Assembly: GCA_965237525.1 (NCBI GenBank)
Contig: CBDEFO010000001.1
Span: 1-64,000 of the forward strand
Reading direction: 5' to 3'
DNA: 64,000 bases
DNA from: Candidatus Latescibacterota bacterium
Lineage (GTDB): Bacteria > Latescibacterota > CBDEFO01
The first letter of the stretch is position 1; every line of letters starts with the position of its first letter. A program made the translations under genes and the position numbers. The notes below the pieces were generated by a model that was not told the origin of the DNA, searched no databases, and saw nothing but the letters and a program-made list of their open reading frames with translations. Below, one piece after another: positions 9,564 through 17,573 of this stretch.

Positions 9564-10790
9564 ATGAAAGTCAATCCACAACAACTGCTGGACGACGGCT
9601 TCGTCATTTTGCGAGAAGTCATCCCGCCCGATCAGTTGGAGGAGTTGCGCGCCAGTTTTGAAGTCCTTGTCGAGCGGCAGAAGTCTATCTGGTCAAGCCA
9701 GCGCAAGCCCGATGACCCGCCCGGCGGTGTCTGGGAGAACTCAGCTCAGCCGCGGCTGGTGTTTAATACGGTAGTGGACGAGGCGACCGCCAACACCGTG
9801 GAGTTCTGCCTGCACGAAAATACACTGGGTGTAAGTCGCCAACTTATGCGCGCTCAAGAAGCGGCGATTACAGCGATGTTCTTCATGTGCAGTCCAATTC
9901 GCGACCACGGTCCAGCCCGCTGGCACCGCGATATCCATCCCAATGATGAGGCGCCGCTGGGAGGTCTGCAGATTGACCTTCTGGAAAATGCGCCAGGGTA
10001 CGTACAGTGGAACATTCCGCTCTACGATGATAACGTGCTCTGGGTGGTGCCCGGAAGCCATCGTCGCTTTAACACCGACGATGAGAATCGCAAGTTGGAA
10101 CAAAATCCGCTCGCGCCGCTGCCTGCGAGTACCCCGGTGGAACTCAAAGCGGGAGATGGGGTTGCCTATACTAACACCATTCTGCACTGGGGCAGCGACT
10201 ATACCACCAAGTTGCGGCGAACGATCCATTTGGGCTACCGATCCTTCGGGGGCGCTATATTTCCCTACGTATCTCACTTCTACTGGGACCTGGGCTTCAC
10301 CCGTCATCTTTCTCTCCCTGCGCGCAAGAGGTTTGAACGCTTTGCACAACTGCACGCCCACGAACGAGATTGCATCGAGTCCGTATTCTGCGCGATCCTC
10401 AACAGAGATGTGACCGACTTTCGTGAAGGCCTTTCTGAACTCCATCCCGGTGAGTGTGGGCGGATGGTCTGTGTGGTTCTGCTGTCCAAGTTGGCGTATA
10501 AGATCCGAAAAATCAAACGCCCCGACATCGTTAGTCTGCCGCGCTCCGAACGAGCACGCGCCCTAAGGGAACACTCGACCAGTCTTCACCTCCTGGAAGA
10601 TATTGCCGTCCGCTTCACATCAGAGGAGGCTGAGACGCTCTGGGGTAGATTTGCGACTCTGGATGCTAAACTTCTATCGGAGACAGAGCAATATGTCCCC
10701 GGCTTTCAGTCTGGGCCCATGCGATACTTTTTCAACGAGATGCCCTCCAATTTCGATGTCGAAGACTTCATCGCCAGCTGGGATGCCTAA
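9564..10790 (+). CDS. Phytanoyl-CoA dioxygenase (PhyH) family Fe(II)/2OG oxygenase with C-terminal extension
   Basis: DDGFVILREVI, WHRD (HxD), WVVPGSHR, LKAGD, ILHWG. Confidence 0.85.
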   Translation: MKVNPQQLLDDGFVILREVIPPDQLEELRASFEVLVERQKSIWSSQRKPDDPPGGVWENSAQPRLVFNTVVDEATANTVEFCLHENTLGVSRQLMRAQEAAITAMFFMCSPIRDHGPARWHRDIHPNDEAPLGGLQIDLLENAPGYVQWNIPLYDDNVLWVVPGSHRRFNTDDENRKLEQNPLAPLPASTPVELKAGDGVAYTNTILHWGSDYTTKLRRTIHLGYRSFGGAIFPYVSHFYWDLGFTRHLSLPARKRFERFAQLHAHERDCIESVFCAILNRDVTDFREGLSELHPGECGRMVCVVLLSKLAYKIRKIKRPDIVSLPRSERARALREHSTSLHLLEDIAVRFTSEEAETLWGRFATLDAKLLSETEQYVPGFQSGPMRYFFNEMPSNFDVEDFIASWDA

Positions 10791-11007
10791 ACAGGTGAAG
10801 AAACTCTATATTAAATATCCCCATAAAGAGGGAGTTGGAACGCCAGTTTTACAATATCTTGTTAATTTTGCTCTAAAGGTATCCCCAATATGTAGCTCCT
10901 CCAGCTAATTCTTCGGATTATCTATTTCGAATCAGAAAAGGAGGCATGCACCATATTTGTTTGGCCTGTGGAAATCCATAGCATAACGACAAAAGGAGAA
11001 ACCGACG

Positions 11008-12234
11008 ATGAAAGTCGATCCACAACAACTGCTGGACGACGGATTCATCATTTTACGAGAGGTCATCCCGCCCGATAAGTTGGAGGAGTTGCGCGCCAGT
11101 TTTGAAGTCCTTGTAGAGCGGCAGAAGTCTATCTGGGCTCGTGAGCGCAAACCTGAAGACCCGCCCGGCGGTGAATGGGAGAACTCCGCTCAGCCGCGGC
11201 TTCTTTTTGAAACCGTAGTTGACGAGACGACCAGCAACACGGTCGAGTTCTGCTTGCACGAAAACACGTTGGGCGTCAGCCGCAAGCTCATGCAGGCGCC
11301 GGAAGCAGCCGTCACGCAAATGTCGCTTATGTGCAGCCCGGTGCGGGATCACGGTCCCGCTGACTGGCACCGCGACACCGATCCAATTACACAAGCGCCC
11401 CTAAGCGGTCTGCAGATGGACATGATCCGAAACGCCCCCGGCTACTTACAGTGGAACATTCCGCTCTACGATGACAGCGTGCTCTGGGTGGTGCCATCCA
11501 GTCACCGACGCCCTAACACCGAAGAAGAACAGCACCATTTACTCACAAGCCCGCGCAAGCCGATGCCGGGTGGCGTGCCCGTAGAACTCAAAGCAGGTGA
11601 CGGCGTCGTCTACAGCAACCTCATCCTGCACTGGGGCAGCAACTACAGCACCAGGTTGAGGCGAGCAATTCATTTAGGTTACCGCTCCTTCGGTGGTGCC
11701 ATCCTTCCCTATGTACACCACTTCTACTGGAACCTGGATTTCACGAAGCGCTTGCCGCCAAAGATACGGAGGTGTTTTGAGCACTTTTTCCAACTACACA
11801 TACAACAGTGCGATCTAATTGAATCCACCTTCCGTGCGATCCTCAATAGGGACGCACCTGCCTTCCGCGATGGACTCGCCGCGCTCCACCCCGGCGAGTA
11901 TACACCGATGGTGTGCGTAGTGCTGCTGTCTAAGTGGGCAGACAAGACCCACAAACTGAAACGTCCCGATGTCCTCAGTCTACCCCTGCCCGAGCGTGCC
12001 CGAGCCATTTCAGAGGATCCGCTGAATCTCTACCTCTACGAGGATTTTGCCCGACGTTTCTCGCAGTCGGAAGCTGAGGTCCTGTGGCAGCGGTTTGCGA
12101 CGCTTTTTGCTAAACTCCAATCAGACGCGGAGCGGTGTGTGTCTGACTTCGGATCTCGACCGATGCGATACTTGTTCACCGAGATGCCCGCCGATTTCGA
12201 GGTCGAAGACTTCATAGCCAGCTGGGATGCCTGA
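11008..12234 (+). CDS. PhyH family dioxygenase, tandem paralog of 9564..10790
   Basis: Same length (408 aa), same motifs (WHRD, ILHWG), near-identical N- and C-termini. Confidence 0.85.
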   Translation: MKVDPQQLLDDGFIILREVIPPDKLEELRASFEVLVERQKSIWARERKPEDPPGGEWENSAQPRLLFETVVDETTSNTVEFCLHENTLGVSRKLMQAPEAAVTQMSLMCSPVRDHGPADWHRDTDPITQAPLSGLQMDMIRNAPGYLQWNIPLYDDSVLWVVPSSHRRPNTEEEQHHLLTSPRKPMPGGVPVELKAGDGVVYSNLILHWGSNYSTRLRRAIHLGYRSFGGAILPYVHHFYWNLDFTKRLPPKIRRCFEHFFQLHIQQCDLIESTFRAILNRDAPAFRDGLAALHPGEYTPMVCVVLLSKWADKTHKLKRPDVLSLPLPERARAISEDPLNLYLYEDFARRFSQSEAEVLWQRFATLFAKLQSDAERCVSDFGSRPMRYLFTEMPADFEVEDFIASWDA

Positions 12235-12301
12235 AAAGATAGCAGATACCAGACAGGGTGCCCCTTCTCCTTCTGTCCTCTAATTTTGTGAGAATACCCT
12301 T

Positions 12302-13216
12302 ATGGAAAGATCTATTCGTGTGATAGAACAGCTCAAAGGCCCAATTGTTCCGGTTAACGTCTGCTTTGCCGATGAAGATTACCTGGACTTTGCGGCGACG
12401 CGCGGGTACGTCAACTGGCTGTGCGAGCAGAACGTACCCGTAATACTGCTCACTTATGGCAGCAGCGAATTCTCCAGCCTGACTGAGGATGAGATTTGGA
12501 GGCTGACCGGCGAAGTGGCGGAGGAGGTCGCCGGGCGCTCGCTGTTCATCGCATCGACCGGTTGGTGGTGGCCGGGGAAATGCCGGGAGTTTTTGAAACA
12601 CGCCGAGAGTGCAGGAGTAGATGCAGTCAAGGTTCAGATTCACCCCTGGCTGGGTGCCAAGCGTGATGTGCTTCTGGGCTACTTTGACCGCATTCAAGAC
12701 GCCGCTCCGATTCCGCTGCTGGTCTGGAGTATCGGGACAGCCCCTTTTACGGTGGATGTAGTGGCTGAGTTAGCACAACGGCCTCAAGTGGTCGGCATCA
12801 AGAATGACGGTGACGCCTTCTATGACTATTACGACTTTATCCGTGCTACCGATACTGAGAACTTCGCCGTGATCAGCGGTGGACAGATGCGCAGCTTCAT
12901 GTTCGGTTACCCTATCGGATCTCCGGCGTATCTCTGCCCCATCGCGCCTTTCCGTCCGGACATAGCGCTCAGCTTCTACAATTTTCTGACCACCGGGCAA
13001 AGCGATGAGGCGTGGGCAATCGTATTCCGCTATGAGGAACCCTGGCTCAAGACTGCTACAGCGTTGGAATGGGGACCCAGCATCAAATCCGCGCTCTACA
13101 TATACGGGCTATATCCCAATCATCGGCTCCGCGCACCAGCCGTTTCGCACACCGCCGAACAGCGCAAGAAATTGCAGGAGACTCTGGAAAAGGTCTTTGG
13201 ACCTATCAGACAGTAG
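12302..13216 (+). CDS. Dihydrodipicolinate synthase / N-acetylneuraminate lyase family protein
   Basis: TYGSSEFSSLT loop and VVGIKND Schiff-base lysine. Confidence 0.8.
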   Translation: MERSIRVIEQLKGPIVPVNVCFADEDYLDFAATRGYVNWLCEQNVPVILLTYGSSEFSSLTEDEIWRLTGEVAEEVAGRSLFIASTGWWWPGKCREFLKHAESAGVDAVKVQIHPWLGAKRDVLLGYFDRIQDAAPIPLLVWSIGTAPFTVDVVAELAQRPQVVGIKNDGDAFYDYYDFIRATDTENFAVISGGQMRSFMFGYPIGSPAYLCPIAPFRPDIALSFYNFLTTGQSDEAWAIVFRYEEPWLKTATALEWGPSIKSALYIYGLYPNHRLRAPAVSHTAEQRKKLQETLEKVFGPIRQ

Positions 13217-13224
13217 GGGCCTGT

Positions 13225-13264
13225 CCCCGATTGAGCCCCCGATTGACTCTATCGGGGGTCGGGG
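13225..13264 (+). repeat. Nested 21-bp palindromic element (inner copy 13237-13257) inside a GTAG-REP
   Basis: CCCCGATTGAGC[CCCCGATTGACTCTATCGGGG]GTCGGGG, flanked by GTAGGGGC...GTGTCTGCCCC. Confidence 0.85.
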
Positions 13265-13315
13265 ACCCGTGTCTGCCCCAGACAGTTGACACATCATAAA
13301 GGGAGGTAAGGAAGC

Positions 13316-14260
13316 ATGACACAGCAGCGAAAAGTTTATTTCAACGGCCAGTTCGTGTCAGAAACCGAGGCCAGGGTCTCCATCTTCGACTCGGCACTGA
13401 TGTACGGGGATATGGTGTTCGAGATGACGCGCAGTTACAACGGCGAACCGTTCCGTCTTCGCCACCACCTCGAACGGCTCTACGCCGGACTCAGGATACT
13501 GGAGATCGACTGCGGGTTGACGCTTGACGAGATGGAAGATGTCACGATGCAGACGGTGGAGGTGAACCGCCCGTGCTTCTATGAAGGATTGGACTTTCAA
13601 ATTATGCACAACGTCTCACGCGGACCGCTTGCACTCTACAGTTCAGTCTTTCCGGAGGGCCTGCGTCCGACAGTTACCATCAACTGCTGGCCGTTGACCT
13701 GGCATCTTGTCGGCATTGCAGACATGTACGAGGCGGGTGTCCACGCTGTCATCACACCGCAGAGGTCCGTACCTTCGCGTCTGATCGACCCGAAGATCAA
13801 GAATCGCAGCCGCGTCTACTACCAGGTCGCCAACCTGCAAGCGCAGAAGGTTGATCCAAAGGCATGGGCGCTTTTGACTGACGATGACGGCTTCATCACC
13901 GAAGGGACAGGCTCCAACTTCTTCGTCGTGATGCGCGGCGAACTGTTCACCTCAGAGCCGCGCAATATCCTGCGCGGTGTGACGCGGCAGGCGGCCATAG
14001 AGTTAGCAGCAGAATTAGACGTGCCCTGCAATGAGTGCAATCTTGAGCCCTACGACGTCGCGATGGCCGAAGAGGCCTTCTTCACTACAACATCGTATGC
14101 TGTGATGCCCGCAACGCGGTTCAACGGGCAGCCGATTGGAGGGGGAAAGGTCGGTCCCGTAACGCGCCGCCTGTTGGACGGCTGGTGCCAGATGGTCGGC
14201 GTGGACATAGTGGCGCAGTCGAAGGAATACACATTAGAAGCGGAAAAGGCGGGAAAATGA
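13316..14260 (+). CDS. Aminotransferase class IV (branched-chain/D-amino-acid aminotransferase-like)
   Basis: YGDMVFE, HLERL, ITEGTGSNFF, ILRGVTR, GKVGPVT. Confidence 0.9.
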   Translation: MTQQRKVYFNGQFVSETEARVSIFDSALMYGDMVFEMTRSYNGEPFRLRHHLERLYAGLRILEIDCGLTLDEMEDVTMQTVEVNRPCFYEGLDFQIMHNVSRGPLALYSSVFPEGLRPTVTINCWPLTWHLVGIADMYEAGVHAVITPQRSVPSRLIDPKIKNRSRVYYQVANLQAQKVDPKAWALLTDDDGFITEGTGSNFFVVMRGELFTSEPRNILRGVTRQAAIELAAELDVPCNECNLEPYDVAMAEEAFFTTTSYAVMPATRFNGQPIGGGKVGPVTRRLLDGWCQMVGVDIVAQSKEYTLEAEKAGK

Positions 14261-15408
14261 AGATCACCGCCGTCCGAACCCGTGTTATGGGCACACCGGG
14301 TCGCAACTGGATCTTTGTCTTCGTCGAAACTGATGAGGGCATCACCGGAGTCGGAGAGGCCACCACTGAGTATCAAGAGCAGGCTGTTGTCTCTTCCATC
14401 GAACAGCACTTTGCCCCACTCTTGGTCGGCAGAGATCCCACCAGGATCGAGCGTCTGTGGCAGGTCATGTACCGCATGTTCTGGTGGCGGCAGGGCGTAG
14501 TGATGACAAGCGCTATCAGCGGTATCGAGCAGGCGTTGTGGGACATTGCGGGCAAGGCCTATGGACAGCCTGTCTACCGCCTGCTCGGAGGGCCGTGCCG
14601 GGACCGCGTCCGGCTCTATGCGCGCGGCGACCTGGGCTTATCTTCAGAGGCTGAGGAAGCTCAAGCGGCCATCGCCGAGGGTTTCACAGCCTTCAAATGG
14701 GGCTATGGACCGACGGGTAAGCCGTTCGATGAGGAGGTGAACATCCGCGCAGCGCACGAGACTGTAAGCGCTATCGCAGAAGCGACAGGTGACCAGATTG
14801 ACTGCTCGCTGCACCTCGAGTTGATGGTGGATTGCGCAGGGCTCTTTTCGCTGGGAGGTGCAATACGCCTGATTCGAGGGTTGCAGGGCTATCGAATGCT
14901 GTTCGTGGAAGAACCCGTGTGCGCGGACAACCTCAACGAGATGGAGCGGCTGCATCAGGCGGGGACAGGCATTAAACTGGCGTTGGGTGAGCGGCTCTCC
15001 ACGCGCTGGGCGTTCCGCGAATATTTGGAGCGGCGGGCGGTAGACGTGGTACAGCCTGATATCTGCCACGCGGGCGGCATCGGTGAACTGCGCAAGATTG
15101 CAGCGATGGCAGAGGTCTACGGCGTGAAGGTAGCGCCGCACAACCCCTACGGTCCTGTCGCCCTTGCAGCTGCCGTCCATTTCGCCGCCGCTACCAGTAA
15201 CTTCTTGATATTGGAATATTGCCGCCGCACGCCCCTCTTCTTTCAAGTGCAGAAGCAGGGAATTGAGATTGCCAACGGTCATGCCGAACTGCCGACGGCC
15301 GCTGGGCTGGGCGTGGAGTTGGACGAAGAACTCATAGCACAGCATCCGTACCAGCCACTTGCAATTCGAGAGTATTACGATTCAGACGGCGCAGTACCGA
15401 TGATTTGA
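14257..15408 (+). CDS. Mandelate racemase/enolase superfamily sugar-acid dehydratase (galactonate dehydratase-like)
   Basis: VETDEGITGVGE, SGIEQALWDIAGK, FVEEP, LGERL, QPD, APHNP; ATG overlaps the upstream TGA. Confidence 0.88.
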   Translation: MKITAVRTRVMGTPGRNWIFVFVETDEGITGVGEATTEYQEQAVVSSIEQHFAPLLVGRDPTRIERLWQVMYRMFWWRQGVVMTSAISGIEQALWDIAGKAYGQPVYRLLGGPCRDRVRLYARGDLGLSSEAEEAQAAIAEGFTAFKWGYGPTGKPFDEEVNIRAAHETVSAIAEATGDQIDCSLHLELMVDCAGLFSLGGAIRLIRGLQGYRMLFVEEPVCADNLNEMERLHQAGTGIKLALGERLSTRWAFREYLERRAVDVVQPDICHAGGIGELRKIAAMAEVYGVKVAPHNPYGPVALAAAVHFAAATSNFLILEYCRRTPLFFQVQKQGIEIANGHAELPTAAGLGVELDEELIAQHPYQPLAIREYYDSDGAVPMI

Positions 15409-15459
15409 ATCGCATCCGGGATAACGATTAGGCTCTTGCGATATTAAGGAGTTGATAGT

Positions 15460-16177
15460 ATGGAACTGACAGGTAGAGCGGCGCTGGTGACCGGCGCGGC
15501 GCGAGGTATTGGCAAGGCGATTGCAAAGGCTCTGGCGCAGGAAGGCGCTGAGGTGGCTCTGTTGGACATAGACGAATCAGAAGTGCGGGCAAACCACGGG
15601 GGAAATCGGAGAGAGCACTGGACGGCGGATCTTGCCGTTGTGCGCAGACGTGAGCGTAAAGACTCAGGTTGAAGGAGCCATCGCCTCCGTGGAGAACGCC
15701 TTTGAGAAAGTGGACATTCTCGTAAACAATGCAGGCGTGTGGAGTCATGGGCATCTCAGCCAGGTAACAGAAGCAGAGTGGGACCGGGTCTTTGATGTTA
15801 ATCTGAAAGGTGTGCTCTTCGCCACGCAGGCGGTCGCTCCGGCGATGAAAGAACAAAAAGGAGGGAAAATAGTCAACATAGCGTCGGCCGCGGGCCTGGG
15901 ACCCGTCGCAGCATGGAGCGCCTATTGCATCTCCAAGGCTGCGGTCATAATGCTCTCAGAGGTCGCAGCGGAGGAGTTAGCGCCGTTTAATGTGCAGGTG
16001 GCTGCCCTCTGCCCGGGCGCGGTGGACACCGAGTTGACCGAGCGCATCACCCAACAGACCGGTGCACGGTTTCCCCATGCTATGAAGCCGGACCAGGTCG
16101 CTGAAGCTGTGTTGAATCTAGTCTGCCCCTTCGAGCAGAAGCCAGGCGGCGCTATCGTGCAGAGGTTGCCAGCATAG
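15460..16177 (+). pseudogene. SDR family oxidoreductase split by a +1 frameshift (possible sequencing error)
   Basis: TGAARGIG in one frame, NNAG and YCISK in the next; removing one A at 15591-15593 joins them (...[22 protein letters not shown]...). Confidence 0.85.
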
Positions 16178-16293
16178 CAGACTGCAGGCCGGGACTCCCC
16201 CACTTTCGGCTGACTGCTATCTACGAGATAGCTTCGCTGACCCTTCCCAATACTCTCAGCTAGTGCTCCTCCAAGTTAATTATACTGAGGAGT

Positions 16294-16478
16294 GTCATTG
16301 CGAGGAGCGCAGCGGTCCCCGATTGAGTCTATCGGGGAAGCAATCTCTGAACCTAACCCCATGTAGCATGAACAACGCGATTTTGAATATACAGAATGTA
16401 GGGGCGAGGTCTACTCGCCCAGTAGTCGGCAGACAGGTAGAGGCGAGATTGCTTCGGGATGAATCCCCTCGCAATGAC
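16294..16478. repeat. Inverted pair of GTCATTGCGAG...GAAGCAATCT elements enclosing a 21-bp palindrome (16317-16337) and a GTAG-REP (16398-16420)
   Basis: GTCATTGCGAGG...GAAGCAATCT at 16294-16346 and GAGATTGCTTC...CTCGCAATGAC at 16445-16478, between convergent genes. Confidence 0.8.
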
Positions 16479-16497
16479 TGGGCAGTGCATCCAAGGT

Positions 16498-17442
16498 TCA
16501 TCTATAGACGGTTTGAATCAGGGCGCGGATATAACCGTTGGCGTATGCGTGACCGATATCATCTCCCGACCGATACTGGATGTGAGGCGTGTGATCCATC
16601 ATGAAGGGACCGTTGAAACCGACGTCGCGGTAGGCCTCCATCGCCTTGAGCATATCTACTTCACCTTCATCTATGAATACCTCCTGAAAGTCGTAGGGAG
16701 TACCGCGAATATTTCGGAAGTGGACGTAGAATATCTTGTCCCGCTCCCCCATGTAGCGGATGGTGTCCACGACATCGACTCCCATCTCGGCGACGCAGCC
16801 CTGGCAGAAGAGCATTCCGATGTTCTCGCTGAGGAAGATATCGAACATCCTCTGATAGTTCTCCACGCTCACAACGATTCGGTCAGCGCCTCCCAGTGCC
16901 TCAGGGATCGGCGGATCGTCCGGATGCACGGCGATCTTGACTCCTGCCTCCTCCGCAACAGGGATGACCCGCTCCAGGAAATAGGTCAGATTCTCCCATA
17001 GCCTATCGGCCGTGATCTGCTTGCCGGGATGCCGAGGTGGGTCCTTCATAAACTCCTCGTAGTTGAAGCTGCTGTAGCTTGAACCACCGCGACCCGGGCT
17101 CGAATCCGTCCGAAAATGGCTGATAGCGAAGAAAGTCATTGCGGTTTTAGGTACGCCCACCGCGCCGATGGCTCGGAGCATCTCGCACCAGTTGTCGATC
17201 TGCTCATCTCGTCCGGGAAGATCGTATATGACCCTGTCCCCAACGTCCGAACGGAGGACGTGAAGTTCCAGACCGTGGGCTTCCACGAACGATTTTAGAC
17301 CCTTGAAGTCCTCGGTGTGATCCTGACCGTCGGACATCTCCGGACTCAGTACAATTTGGAGGCAATCGACGCCCGTCGCCTTGAAGAAGTTCAACCTGTC
17401 ATCGGTAACTTCGTTCCAACCAAGCGAATCCATTATTTTCAT
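16498..17442 (-). CDS. uxuA: Mannonate dehydratase (UxuA) family
   Basis: LWENLTYFLERVIPVAEEAGVKIAVHPDDPP, HFRNIRG, DEGEVDM, DHTP. Confidence 0.75.
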   Translation of the reverse strand: MKIMDSLGWNEVTDDRLNFFKATGVDCLQIVLSPEMSDGQDHTEDFKGLKSFVEAHGLELHVLRSDVGDRVIYDLPGRDEQIDNWCEMLRAIGAVGVPKTAMTFFAISHFRTDSSPGRGGSSYSSFNYEEFMKDPPRHPGKQITADRLWENLTYFLERVIPVAEEAGVKIAVHPDDPPIPEALGGADRIVVSVENYQRMFDIFLSENIGMLFCQGCVAEMGVDVVDTIRYMGERDKIFYVHFRNIRGTPYDFQEVFIDEGEVDMLKAMEAYRDVGFNGPFMMDHTPHIQYRSGDDIGHAYANGYIRALIQTVYR

Positions 17443-17573
17443 GTTTCATGCGCCAGTTTTGAAGTTGCCTATGTGGTGGTGGATGTGGATATCCTTTGTC
17501 TATCACCGCGTGTTACCTTACTTAATGCGTAGCCAGTTCAGGTGTACCATAAGCCTGTGGGCCTTGGCACGGT

